Of a DNA stretch of 64,000 nt, positions 37,061 to 46,926 are shown one piece after another. Position 1 is the stretch's first letter. Every line of letters starts with the position of its first letter. The stretch is from Thermodesulfobacteriota bacterium (GTDB taxonomy: Bacteria; Desulfobacterota_D; UBA1144; Nemesobacterales; Nemesobacteraceae). The stretch is taken from assembly GCA_965202785.1 (NCBI GenBank), contig OZ241855.1, forward strand, positions 928,001 through 992,000. The letters are read 5' to 3'. The notes beneath the pieces were generated by a model. That model saw only the letters and a program-made list of their open reading frames with translations, ran no database searches and had not been told where the DNA came from. Both the position numbers and the translations under genes were made by a program.

Positions 37061-39367
37061 TCAGCTCTTGTGCCGGTAGGTCAGCTGAACTCCGAAGATT
37101 CTGCCTTTTGCAAGCGGTGAGAACGTGCCGCCAAGAGGTGCCGACAGAGGTGGAAGGCCCAAGGTGCTGGGCAGCGTGCTGTCGCCCCCATGCTTGACTT
37201 CGTCAAGCAGGTTCTTGCCGTAAAGGCCGATTGAGAACCGGCCGTTTGCGGGAATGATGTCAATCCCGGCGTCAAGTATGTTCTGCTCCAGTATATAGCC
37301 CCTGTTGTCATCAGTGAAGTATGACTTGTCGCGGTGAGCGTAGCTTATTCGGGACGTCATCCGCCCCCAACTGGCTGCTCCCGTGTCGTGGGTAAGTCCC
37401 ACGCTGTAAGTCCACTTCGCGGCGCGGGGAAGCTCTAAAGCTAGATCTTTTTCGTCAAGAGTTCCGTCTCGATTAAGGTCCTCTTTTACTTTGGTGTACT
37501 CGGGATTGACGTACCCTACGGAACCGATCAGGAACAGGTTCTCCGCTATGGCGAACAGGCCGTCAAGCTCAAAGCCATAGGTCTCAACATCGGCGGTGTT
37601 GTCGATCAACTGAACTATACCGAGTGCTGGATCGGGGAAGTTAATTTCCCTTTGCAGGTCGTCAATCATGTTGTAGAAGGCTGCTCCGTATAGACGGCCG
37701 CGGTCTTTTGTGACCTTGAATCCGGCCTCGAAGCTGTCGATTGTCTCTTCATCGTACGGTCCCGGGGAGTGGATGGGCGAAAGGTTGCGGAGGTTGTAGC
37801 CCCCGGAGCGAAATCCTCTGGTCCAGTGCCCGTAAACGTTGGCTTCGCCGCTTATGTAATAAGTGGCGCCGACCTTGGGCGACCAGCTGTGCCATGTCTC
37901 CTCATCTATGAAATCAAACTCGCAGGCGGGACCTTCGACGATATTGCAAGACGGTAGCGGCGCAAGGGGACTGCTGGTGGGAATCAAAGCTATTTCGCCA
38001 TCTCTTTTGTCGCGCGTGTACCGCGTACCCGCGGTGAGCGTCAGCTGGCTTGTGAGATCATAGTCCAGAGAGAGGAAGAGGCCCAGAGTTTCAACGTCGT
38101 AGTTTCCGCCCCCGAACTGGGACACGTCCGTCCCTGGCGGAAAGGGAAGACCCGATGCCGCAATAGCGTCGGTAAGCAGAGAGCGGTGTTCGTGGTAGTT
38201 GATCTTGTTGCTAAAGTAATAGACTCCCGTAGTCGCATTGAGTCTTTCAAAAAACCTGCCCGTGTAACGCAGTTCGTTACTCCACTGCCTGTAATGGCTC
38301 CATGCCTGCGCGCTCATTAGTTCAAGCGGCGAGGCGTCGAGATCAACTGACGAGAAGGTTTCTGAATCGCGCCAGCCGAAGATGTTTGTTATCGTGCCGT
38401 TGCCGAAACCCACGTCCCAGTCCGCCTGGGCGCTGAAAAAATGAGCTTCGTTTTCTCTTTTGCCTTCATTATTGATGCTGAAGTCGTGGCTGTCCCGGTC
38501 AAAGTTAGCCGCCGCGTTTGAGACGCCGAATCCGTTTGTGTGGTTCTGTGCCGCGGGGCCGTCGCCGTTGATGCTATCGTACTGGTATCGGAGTACCAGG
38601 TTCAGGTCGTCTGTGGGCTCCCAGACGAGCACCGGCCGCACCATTCGGACGTCTAAATCTCCGAAAGCTTTGCCGGTGTGGAGGTTCTTGAACCAGCCGT
38701 TATCCTGGTTTGTGTACGCGGTTATCCTAGCGCTAACGGTTTCGCCCAGAGGGCCTCCCACCGTGCCCATGTAGTAGCTGTTGAGGCTCTCTCCTCCCCC
38801 TTCAAAAGAGGTGCGAAAGGACACCTCCAGAGTGTCTCCGGGTTTCTTCGTGTTGACGAGTATCGCGCCCCCAGTCACATTACGCCCGAAAAGCGTTCCC
38901 TGCGGACCTCTAAGCACCTCGATGCTCTCGATATCAAGCGTGTCGAACAGGGCGCCGCCGATGTTGGCCCCGAAGTACACGCCGTCGACGAACACTCCCA
39001 CGGTCGGGTCAACGGACGGTATGGAGCTGTTTATCCCGAGTCCGCGAATGGAAAAGTTGGCGATTCCTCCCACGGTGCCAATGTCGTCAAGCGCGACGTT
39101 GGGCATCTTTACAGCCAGACTTTCAAGGTTCCTTACCTTAAGAGTGTCAATCTCTTCGGAGCTGAAATGCGTTACCGAAAGCGGAACGTTTTGAATCAGT
39201 TCCTCTCGTTTTCGCGCCGTGACTGTAATCTTCTCAAGCAGAACGCTGCTTATGCCGAATGCTTCTTGGGCGTTTGCCGAGACGCCGCTTATAAGAGTAA
39301 GAACCGCACCCACGGCGAAAGTGCCTAAGAGTGCCTTTAACCTAGATTTAAATTTTCTGGGAACCAT
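37061..39367 (-). CDS. TonB-dependent receptor
   Basis: Signal peptide, LEKITVTARKREE (TonB box region), IEVLRGPQGTLFGRN plug motif, beta-barrel, YGKNLLD. Confidence 0.92.
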   Translation of the reverse strand: MVPRKFKSRLKALLGTFAVGAVLTLISGVSANAQEAFGISSVLLEKITVTARKREELIQNVPLSVTHFSSEEIDTLKVRNLESLAVKMPNVALDDIGTVGGIANFSIRGLGINSSIPSVDPTVGVFVDGVYFGANIGGALFDTLDIESIEVLRGPQGTLFGRNVTGGAILVNTKKPGDTLEVSFRTSFEGGGESLNSYYMGTVGGPLGETVSARITAYTNQDNGWFKNLHTGKAFGDLDVRMVRPVLVWEPTDDLNLVLRYQYDSINGDGPAAQNHTNGFGVSNAAANFDRDSHDFSINNEGKRENEAHFFSAQADWDVGFGNGTITNIFGWRDSETFSSVDLDASPLELMSAQAWSHYRQWSNELRYTGRFFERLNATTGVYYFSNKINYHEHRSLLTDAIAASGLPFPPGTDVSQFGGGNYDVETLGLFLSLDYDLTSQLTLTAGTRYTRDKRDGEIALIPTSSPLAPLPSCNIVEGPACEFDFIDEETWHSWSPKVGATYYISGEANVYGHWTRGFRSGGYNLRNLSPIHSPGPYDEETIDSFEAGFKVTKDRGRLYGAAFYNMIDDLQREINFPDPALGIVQLIDNTADVETYGFELDGLFAIAENLFLIGSVGYVNPEYTKVKEDLNRDGTLDEKDLALELPRAAKWTYSVGLTHDTGAASWGRMTSRISYAHRDKSYFTDDNRGYILEQNILDAGIDIIPANGRFSIGLYGKNLLDEVKHGGDSTLPSTLGLPPLSAPLGGTFSPLAKGRIFGVQLTYRHKS

Positions 39368-39522
39368 TGAGAAGCCCTCCCCCCTTTTTTCGATAGTATG
39401 ATCTACAGTTTACCGTTACGGCCCATTAGTTTTTTAGCCTTCCTCTGAAATTTCCATTATAGCATGAATTTAATCGCAATTGCACGACTTTTAAGGAGGA
39501 CTTGCTGTAGGATTTTTACTGT

Positions 39523-40404
39523 CTAGAGGAGTCCCAGGGCTTTTTTCTGCCGTTTTCCCGTTTCTCTTACCCTTACACGGAACCGGAGTTTGACTTCGGC
39601 TCCGTCCCCGTAGAAGCTTCCCGAAACGGGGGCAATGAGCCCGTGGTTGGGGCCACTTGCGACCGCGACGTGACGGTCTGAGACTGCGAGACCCGAAGAA
39701 GGATCATATCCTCTCCATCCTCCGCCCGGTATGTAGACCTCGGCCCAGGCGTGAAGGTCTTCTCCTTTTTTTCTTCTTGCGCTGAGCGCATAGCCGCTTA
39801 CGTGTCTGCACGCAAGACCGGCCGAGCGGCATACGGCCGCGAAAAGTTCCACGAGGTCCCTGCAGGACCCCCTTTTTTCCCTGAGGGTTCTCTCTGCGGA
39901 CCAAGGGCCGCCCTGCTCTCTGGCTGTGTGGGGAAAGTTGTCGTGTATGTGCTCGCAGAGCAAGAGAATAAAATCCGTGGTTTTCCCCATGGTCTGCGAG
40001 AGAATCGCTTCGCGAAGCGGCGAGACCGCTAGGGCTGTTTTTTTGCTCACCGCCAGGTACGGACGAAGGGCTGCCTTCTGCTCGCGGGGGTACTCCATCG
40101 GCAGATCAAGGAACCTTACGTCGGAAACTATGAAGTCAAAAGGGTTTTCCCGAAGCGTCTCGACGACGCAGCTGGTATCGATTGTGAGACTGTCGAACTC
40201 GCCCGTAAACCACAAGGTAACGGTAGTGTTTCCGTCAAGATCCGAGTTCACGCTTCTTCCCGCTTCGGGGGGATTCGTCCTGAGAGAAAACATATGGGTC
40301 ATTTGCCCCCCGTTGTCTCTCGGGCGAAGCCTCACGGTGTGAGGGGCCAGGACCACTTTTTTTCCGTAGGAGTAAGTCGTGTTGTGATCTATGCTAAGCA
40401 GCAC
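39523..40404 (-). CDS. Transglutaminase family protein (Anbu operon)
   Basis: HNTTYSY..RLRPR N-terminal domain; GSCRD, HAWAE, GYDPS (Cys-His-Asp triad). Confidence 0.9.
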   Translation of the reverse strand: MLLSIDHNTTYSYGKKVVLAPHTVRLRPRDNGGQMTHMFSLRTNPPEAGRSVNSDLDGNTTVTLWFTGEFDSLTIDTSCVVETLRENPFDFIVSDVRFLDLPMEYPREQKAALRPYLAVSKKTALAVSPLREAILSQTMGKTTDFILLLCEHIHDNFPHTAREQGGPWSAERTLREKRGSCRDLVELFAAVCRSAGLACRHVSGYALSARRKKGEDLHAWAEVYIPGGGWRGYDPSSGLAVSDRHVAVASGPNHGLIAPVSGSFYGDGAEVKLRFRVRVRETGKRQKKALGLL

Positions 40405-41131
40405 TTTTCGGGCTTCTGTTAAGAATTTTTCTTACCCACTCGGCGGGCATTTCCTCGGCCGATTTTCTGAGCCTCTCCTGCCACCAATCGGATATGTCTG
40501 CCAGTTCGTTTTCGTTGAACCTGTACTGCTCGAGGGAAAATGAATTGCTTCTGTAGACTATGATGTCTATCGGGAAATCGACGTCTATAGCGTTTATGCG
40601 GCTTGAATCGAACGCGAGGTATGCGATGCGAAGCGCGACATCGAGGCTAGTGTCGTAGGTAAGGGTTCTTTTTATTATCGGTTTTCCGTATTTCGACTCG
40701 CCTATTATAACGTAGGGGGAGGTGGTTCCCACGTTGATCCAGTTCCCCTGGGGATAGACGAGGAAAAGCTGGGGTTCAGGGTCGTTTTCGAACTGCCCTC
40801 CTATTATGGAGTACATGTTGAAGGCAAATCCCGATTCGGAGAGCGCCTCTCCGTCTTCTTTTTTCACCCTCCGAAGCTCCTTTGAGAAAATGTTCACTGC
40901 CTTGTAGAGGCGGTCAAGGGATTCCTGGGAGTGCTCAAGGGCCTCGTCAAGATAGGTGATAGCCTTGTCCCTCGCGGAGCGAAGCCCCGAGGTCATTAGG
41001 AAAAATGACCTGTCCCCGGCACGGTGGGTGGTGACCTTCTTTGCCCGTATGGCCTCGTTTCCCGTTATTATGAGGTTGTCGGCAAGCCCGATTATCCCTT
41101 CTTTTAGTCTCATTCCCACGCAGAAAGTCAT
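40394..41131 (-). CDS. Proteasome-type NTN peptidase (Anbu)
   Basis: MTFCVG start (Thr1), Asp17, Lys30/31, LFLVYPQGNWI, IGESKYGKPI. Confidence 0.88.
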   Translation of the reverse strand: MTFCVGMRLKEGIIGLADNLIITGNEAIRAKKVTTHRAGDRSFFLMTSGLRSARDKAITYLDEALEHSQESLDRLYKAVNIFSKELRRVKKEDGEALSESGFAFNMYSIIGGQFENDPEPQLFLVYPQGNWINVGTTSPYVIIGESKYGKPIIKRTLTYDTSLDVALRIAYLAFDSSRINAIDVDFPIDIIVYRSNSFSLEQYRFNENELADISDWWQERLRKSAEEMPAEWVRKILNRSPKSAA

Positions 41132-41145
41132 CTGTTTTCTCCCTC

Positions 41146-42126
41146 TCAGATATCGTCAAAGCCCTTAAGAGCGCTGTCTGTTACGCTGTAGCCGAAGTAA
41201 TCGTCGTATATGCGGCTTCCGACCTCGTTTATGTGGGCCTGGAAGCTGCTTAGGAACTCGTGCATTCCGCGCTGTATTATCTCCCCGACACTTATGAACC
41301 GAAGGTCCGATAAAAGCCTTCCCATCTCTTTTTCGGTCTCGTTGTTGTAGGAGCCGGCAGGGCTGTTGGATATGCAGTGAAGTGACTCGTCGGCCTGTGC
41401 GACGCAGTAGATTATCGAGCGTGGAAACTGGTTATCAAGGATGAGAAAATCGAGCACGTTGCCTATTGATATCTGCTGGTGCTTAGCCTTGTAGGTCTCA
41501 AGGGCGCTTGTTGATTTAAGAAGGGCTATCCACTGCATGTTGTCTATCGACGTTCCCACGAGTTCAGCCTTGGGAAGCAGGGTGTAGTACTTGACATCAA
41601 GGATCCTGGAAGTGTTGTCGGCCCGTTCCATTTGCTTTCCGAGTTCCGAGAAATGCCACGCCTCGCCGTGGGATATGCTTATGTATCCGGATCCGTGAAA
41701 AAGAAGGCTCTGCACTTTTGCCACTTCGCAGAACTTTCCGGGGTTGTCGAGCAGCTTCTGCTTGGCTTCGTCGCTATTTAGCCTGTGGTAGAAGCGGTTT
41801 ATTAGAAGCCACATCTCAGAGGAGATTATTTCTCTCACGGAACTTGCGTTCTCACGGGCGCAGTTAACGCAGGAGATGATGGAGTTCGGATTGTTGCGGT
41901 CAAGGACCATAAAGTTTATTACGTTCTCCCGGGTAGTACTGTCGTAAAGGCTTCTGAAAAGCTCCATGTCCCCCGTCACCTTTACTATGGGGTCCCATTC
42001 CTGTTCAACGGAATCATGGGTGTCAATGGCGAGGCCTAGGTTTACGCTTATAAGCCTCGCTGTGTTCCCGGCGCGCTCGGCGTAGCGGCTCATCCAGTAT
42101 ATAGATTCTGCGACGCGACTTAGGAT
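41146..42126 (-). CDS. Alpha-E domain protein (DUF403), probable ATC start
   Basis: (I/M)LSRVAESIYWMSRYAERA, ARENA, ERADNTSRILDVKY, FPRSI; AAAGGAGG lies 6 nt before ATC 42126. Confidence 0.88.
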   Translation of the reverse strand: MLSRVAESIYWMSRYAERAGNTARLISVNLGLAIDTHDSVEQEWDPIVKVTGDMELFRSLYDSTTRENVINFMVLDRNNPNSIISCVNCARENASSVREIISSEMWLLINRFYHRLNSDEAKQKLLDNPGKFCEVAKVQSLLFHGSGYISISHGEAWHFSELGKQMERADNTSRILDVKYYTLLPKAELVGTSIDNMQWIALLKSTSALETYKAKHQQISIGNVLDFLILDNQFPRSIIYCVAQADESLHCISNSPAGSYNNETEKEMGRLLSDLRFISVGEIIQRGMHEFLSSFQAHINEVGSRIYDDYFGYSVTDSALKGFDDI

Positions 42127-43595
42127 TTTCTGCCTCCTTTGCCCTTGGAGTTGTTTACGGGAGCAAGTACCCAAGTGTCCTTGCTTCCACCGCCTTGGGA
42201 CGAATTGACTATCATCGAACCTTTGCGCAGCGCCACCCTGGTAAGGCCTCCGGGCAGGACAAATATCTCTTTTCCATAGAGAATGAAGGGCCTCAGATCG
42301 ACGTGGCGTCCCTCGAAGTGATCGTCCACTATCACGGGGGCCCGGGAGAGGGACATTGTCTTCTGGGCTATGTAGTTTCTGGGATCCGCTTTTATGTCTC
42401 TTTTGGCCTGGGCCAGCTCCTCTTTTGTCGCCTTGGGTCCGAACACTATCCCGTATCCTCCCGATTCGTTCGCGGGCTTTACTACCAGCTTCTCTATATT
42501 GTCGAGCACGTATTTTCTGGCTTCATCCTCCTCGCAGATATAAGTCGGCACGTTGGGGATTATGGGATCTTCTCCCAGATAGTACTTTATTATCTTCTCA
42601 ACGTAGGCGTATATTATCTTATCGTCGGCCACTCCTCCTCCGGGGGCGTTGGCTATGGCGACGTTTCCGGCCTTGTACGCGCTGAAAAGCCCTGGAACTC
42701 CGAGCACTGAATCCGGGCGAAACACCTGAGGATCAAGGAAGTTGTCGTCTATCCTTCTGTATATGACATCCACTTTTTCAAGCCCCTTAGTGGTCTTCAG
42801 GTAAACGAAATTCTCTACCACGACAAGATCTCTCCCTTCGACAAGCTCTATCCCCATCTCCTTTGCCAGAAACGAGTGCTCGAAGTAGGCCGAGTTATAG
42901 ATCCCCGGGGTGAGAAGCACCACCTTGGGGTTGGCCGTTCTGTCAGAGAGCAGGTACTGGAGGGTGTCATGAAGGTGGAGTCCGTAATCGCTTATTGGCA
43001 TTATCTCGACGGTGCCGAACACCTTGGGAAACGTGCGCTTCAGCAGTTCGCGGTTCTCAAGCACGTAGGAAACGCCGGAGGGGGAGCGCAGGTTGTCTTC
43101 GAGTATGTAGAAGTTCCCGTCAGAATGTCTTATCAGGTCCGTTCCCGTGATATGACACCAGATCTTCTTCGGCGGGGAAAAACCGACGCAGTCAAGGCGA
43201 AACTCCCTGCTTGAGAGTATGAGTTCCTTGGGAACCACCTTGTCCCTCAGGATCTTCCGGTCGTTGTATATGTCGTCTATGAAAAGGTTAAGCGCGTGGA
43301 TTCTCTGCTTGAGGCCCCTTTCTATGAGTTCCCAGTCCTCGGCCGACACTATCCTAGGAATTATGTCGAAGGGAAAGATGTTTTCCTCTGCCCCCTTCTT
43401 TTTTTCCGAGTAGAGCGTGAAGGTGACTCCCATCTCGAACAGGTTCATCTCTGCCGCTTTCTGCCTGTCTATCAGCTCTCCGTCCGAGAGGCTTTCTATC
43501 CTGTCGGTTAAAAAGCGGGTCCATTCGTGCGGGGTGGCGTTATCCTTGAATACCTCGTCGTAAAAGCCTTCCGTGTCGTAGTTTTTGAAATTCAT
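42120..43595 (-). CDS. Circularly permuted type 2 ATP-grasp protein
   Basis: PFDIIPRI, LEDNLRSPSGVSY, YNSAYFEHSFLA, YRRIDD, PGGLTRVAL, VNSSQGGGSKDTWV. Confidence 0.93.
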   Translation of the reverse strand: MNFKNYDTEGFYDEVFKDNATPHEWTRFLTDRIESLSDGELIDRQKAAEMNLFEMGVTFTLYSEKKKGAEENIFPFDIIPRIVSAEDWELIERGLKQRIHALNLFIDDIYNDRKILRDKVVPKELILSSREFRLDCVGFSPPKKIWCHITGTDLIRHSDGNFYILEDNLRSPSGVSYVLENRELLKRTFPKVFGTVEIMPISDYGLHLHDTLQYLLSDRTANPKVVLLTPGIYNSAYFEHSFLAKEMGIELVEGRDLVVVENFVYLKTTKGLEKVDVIYRRIDDNFLDPQVFRPDSVLGVPGLFSAYKAGNVAIANAPGGGVADDKIIYAYVEKIIKYYLGEDPIIPNVPTYICEEDEARKYVLDNIEKLVVKPANESGGYGIVFGPKATKEELAQAKRDIKADPRNYIAQKTMSLSRAPVIVDDHFEGRHVDLRPFILYGKEIFVLPGGLTRVALRKGSMIVNSSQGGGSKDTWVLAPVNNSKGKGGRKS

Positions 43596-43656
43596 CTCGG
43601 TTCCAAGGAATTTTTCCGAAAAACCTAACTAAAAGTGAAGGTTATGCAAAAGCTTC

Positions 43657-45006
43657 CTAGAGTATGTATCTGCTTAGATCCCTGTCCTTGACGATGTCGG
43701 CTATTTTCTCCTCAACATAGCTTTTGTCTATGGTGAATTTTTTCTCCTTCATGTCGGGAGCGTTAAAGGAGATTTCATCAAGCAGCTTCTCAAGAACGGT
43801 GTGAAGTCTCCTTGCCCCTATGTTCTCGGTAGAGCTGTTAACTTCGGCCGCGGTCTCGGCTATTTTCTCTATCGCCTCGTTAGTGAAAGAGAGTTTTATG
43901 TCCTCGGTCCTCATAAGCTCGGTGTACTGTTTTATGAGCGCGTTTTTGGGCTCGGTGAGGATCCGTATGAAGTCGTCTTTGGTGAGCGCCTCGAGCTCAA
44001 CCCTTATGGGAAAGCGTCCCTGGAGTTCAGGTATGAGATCAGACGGCTTTGAGACGTGAAACGCCCCCGCTCCTATGAAGAGTATGTGGTCGGTTCTGAC
44101 CATCCCGTGCTTCGTGGTTACGCTGCTTCCCTCGATTATGGGGAGAAGATCCCTCTGCACCCCCTCCCTTGAAACGTCGGGACCGGAGACGCCGTTTTTC
44201 CCGGCGACCTTGTCTATTTCGTCTATGAAGATTATCCCCGAGTTCTCGGTTCTCTCGAGAGCTAGCTGGGTAACCTTGTCCATGTCTATCAGTCTTCGGG
44301 CCTCCTCCTCGGTGAGGATGTCCATGGCCTCTGGTACCTTGACCTTTCTTACCTTCGATTTTTTGGGCATGAGGCTTCCGATCATCTCCGAGATCCCAGG
44401 GTCCATTTCCTCAACTCCCGCCTGGCTGAACACCTGTATGGGAAGGGACCTGGCCGTTATCTCTATTTCGACCTCCCTGTCGTCAAGCTTTCCGTCCCAA
44501 AGGAGCTTTCTCATCTTCTTTTTGGTCTCGCTCATTTTTCTCTTGGCCTCGTCCATGTCTACTTCCGCCTCGGTGACGGGGCGCGTCGGGACGAGCAGGT
44601 CAATGAGCTTGTCCTCGGCAAGCTCCCTGGCCCTCGTGTTAACCGAAAGGGTCTCCTCCTCTGTTACCATGTTGACGGCTATCTCCGTTAGGTCCCGTAT
44701 CATCGACTCAACGTCCCGACCCACATAGCCGACTTCCGTGAACTTGGATGCCTCGACCTTTACGAAGGGGGCTTGGGCGAGCTTCGCCAGGCGCCGGGCT
44801 ATTTCGGTTTTCCCCACGCCGGTGGGTCCCATCATAAGTATGTTTTTTGGGGATATCTCGTCGCGAAGCTCGGGCGATACCTTCTGTCTTCTCCACCTGT
44901 TCCGAAGCGCCACGCCGACGGCCCTTTTGGCCATGTTCTGTCCGACTATGTACTTGTCTAGTTCCGATACTATTTCTCTCGGGGTGAGGTAGGATTCCTG
45001 GGACAT
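43657..45006 (-). CDS. hslU: ATP-dependent protease ATPase subunit HslU
   Basis: [19 protein letters not shown] pore loop, FIDEIDK, C-terminal DLSRYIL. Confidence 0.97.
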   Translation of the reverse strand: MSQESYLTPREIVSELDKYIVGQNMAKRAVGVALRNRWRRQKVSPELRDEISPKNILMMGPTGVGKTEIARRLAKLAQAPFVKVEASKFTEVGYVGRDVESMIRDLTEIAVNMVTEEETLSVNTRARELAEDKLIDLLVPTRPVTEAEVDMDEAKRKMSETKKKMRKLLWDGKLDDREVEIEITARSLPIQVFSQAGVEEMDPGISEMIGSLMPKKSKVRKVKVPEAMDILTEEEARRLIDMDKVTQLALERTENSGIIFIDEIDKVAGKNGVSGPDVSREGVQRDLLPIIEGSSVTTKHGMVRTDHILFIGAGAFHVSKPSDLIPELQGRFPIRVELEALTKDDFIRILTEPKNALIKQYTELMRTEDIKLSFTNEAIEKIAETAAEVNSSTENIGARRLHTVLEKLLDEISFNAPDMKEKKFTIDKSYVEEKIADIVKDRDLSRYIL

Positions 45007-45543
45007 TTACTCTATTTCCTCTATTGATATGTGACTGTTTGTGTAAATGCAGATTCCGGCCGCGATTTCAAGTGAGCGCTCGACTATCTCCGGGGCGGAA
45101 AGCTCCGAGTGCCTGGCAAGCGCCAAAGCGGCTGCCTGTGCGAAAGGTCCCCCCGATCCTATTGCTATCACGCTATCATCGGGCTCTATTACGTCTCCGC
45201 TTCCCGAGATTATGAGCATGGTTTCAGAGTTAGCGACTATTAGCAGGGCTTCGAGCCTTCTCAGTATCCTGTCCGTTCTCCATTCTTTCGCGAGCTCTAC
45301 CGCGGCTCGCTCAAGGCTTCCCCGAAATTCCTCTAGTTTTCCCTCGAACTTGTCAAAGAGCGTCATCGCGTCCGCCGTTGAGCCCGCGAACCCGGCGCAG
45401 ATCTTCCCGCTGTACATCTTCCTTATCTTGTTCGCGTTATGCTTTACCGCTGTGGCTCCCATGGTCACTTGGCCGTCGCCCCCGAGGGCCACCCGGCCGT
45501 CTTTTTTAACGCAGAGTATCGTGGTTCCGTGAAACTGGTTCAT
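45007..45543 (-). CDS. hslV: ATP-dependent protease peptidase subunit HslV
   Basis: HGTTILCV (N-terminal Thr after processing), [27 protein letters not shown]. Confidence 0.97.
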   Translation of the reverse strand: MNQFHGTTILCVKKDGRVALGGDGQVTMGATAVKHNANKIRKMYSGKICAGFAGSTADAMTLFDKFEGKLEEFRGSLERAAVELAKEWRTDRILRRLEALLIVANSETMLIISGSGDVIEPDDSVIAIGSGGPFAQAAALALARHSELSAPEIVERSLEIAAGICIYTNSHISIEEIE

Positions 45544-45569
45544 AATTTTTTCTTCTCCTCCCGGCACCT

Positions 45570-46445
45570 CTAGGCGTTCGGGTGAGTCTTGTCGTACACT
45601 TCCATTATCCGTTCGACCGAGAGGTGGGTGTATCTCTGGGTCGTCGAAAGACTCGCGTGGCCGAGCATCTCCTGAATCGCCCGAAGGTCCGCGCCGCCCG
45701 CAAGCAGGTGGGTGGCAAACGAGTGCCTAAGCACGTGGGGACTCACGTTTTTCGATATTCCCGATACTAGGCCGTACTTCTTTATTATGCGCGCGAGGCT
45801 TCTCGTGGTTATCCCGCCTCCCCTCGAGTTAAGGAATATGTGGTCGGATGCGGGTTTCAACGTCCCCCTTATCTCAAGATACTCACCTAGGGCGGAAAGC
45901 GCCTTTGATCCCACGGGAACGATTCTCTCTTTGTTTCCCTTCCCGCGAACCCTCATTATCGCCTCTCCCATGCTGAGATCGGCGAGCGTGGCCCCCGCGA
46001 GTTCGCTTACCCGGAGGCCGCTTGAGTAAAGAAGCTCGAGAATCGCCCTGTCGCGCACGCGAAGGGGATTTTTCTCAGAATCTTTTACGTCAACCAGATT
46101 GAACACCTCGTCCACACTTAAAAACACGGGGAGGTACTTTTCCTTTTTAGGGGTGCGCACGAGTTTTGCGGGATTCTGTGTTGCGAGGCCTTTTCTTACC
46201 AGATACGAGAAAAAGGATCTTATCGCCGATACTTTTCTCTCGACCGAAGAGGGGGAATTTTTCCCGTAGAGTGTCGAGACGTACGCATTTATGGTCGCAA
46301 TGTCCGCATCTTCGATTTCTTTCTCTTCCTTTAAGAGAAAATCGCGGAAATTCTCAAGATCGCCCCTGTAGGCTTTTACCGTGTGTTCCGAGTAGTTTCT
46401 TTCGTCCGAGAGGTGTTTTATGAAGCTTTCGAGCAGTTCGTTCAT
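45570..46445 (-). CDS. xerC: Tyrosine recombinase XerC
   Basis: [39 protein letters not shown]; position upstream of hslVU. Confidence 0.92.
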   Translation of the reverse strand: MNELLESFIKHLSDERNYSEHTVKAYRGDLENFRDFLLKEEKEIEDADIATINAYVSTLYGKNSPSSVERKVSAIRSFFSYLVRKGLATQNPAKLVRTPKKEKYLPVFLSVDEVFNLVDVKDSEKNPLRVRDRAILELLYSSGLRVSELAGATLADLSMGEAIMRVRGKGNKERIVPVGSKALSALGEYLEIRGTLKPASDHIFLNSRGGGITTRSLARIIKKYGLVSGISKNVSPHVLRHSFATHLLAGGADLRAIQEMLGHASLSTTQRYTHLSVERIMEVYDKTHPNA

Positions 46446-46659
46446 CTATTCTGAAATATATACGCTCATTCGCTTTGGACAAGGGATGGGAATGCTGTTG
46501 TTGTGTAACGGTTCTGTGGAGGTTCTCGGCAAAAGAGTCTTGCGGTGAGGGTTTCGCGGCTGGTACGTGAGAAAACATCCGGGCCGATGACTCTAGGGAA
46601 ATTGCTGTCTCATTGCCCGGTAAATGCTTTGCTCTCATGACTTTTCGTGCCGGGGGTTC

Positions 46660-46845
46660 CACTTTGACGGCATAGAGGTAAAGGCTTCAAAGCGGGTTGT
46701 TTCCGCCGATTTTAAGGGCATGGAAGCGCTCTGGGACTTGGCGAAACATGATTTTGTCTGCGATATCGTGTTGTACTCGGGAGAGGACGTGATTCCTTTC
46801 GGCGACAGGTTCCTGGCCGTTCCTTCCTCTGCTCTCTGGAAGTAG
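46660..46845 (+). pseudogene. C-terminal remnant of an AAA+/DUF4143 protein
   Basis: GIEVKAS..V...DFKG......FVCDIVLYSGEDVIPFGDRFLAVPSSALW matches the C-terminus of 55067..56314 (GIEIKAS..GVLFYAG..ILAVPLKELW). Confidence 0.75.
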
Positions 46846-46926
46846 CCGAGGGCATGTGAGATTTCTTGGGAAGCAGGAAAATTGTTACGTTCTTTATGAA
46901 CCAATCGTCGCATTGATAACGAGACT

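Noticed and set aside
28000-44728. Long antisense ORFs (e.g. 28000..28755, 32601..33470, 36009..36800, 38678..39328, 44075..44728)
   Set aside because: They are shadows of well-supported genes on the opposite strand
45570-46445. Island integrase
   Set aside because: Size, motifs and xerC-hslVU context indicate housekeeping XerC; no att-like repeats were seen
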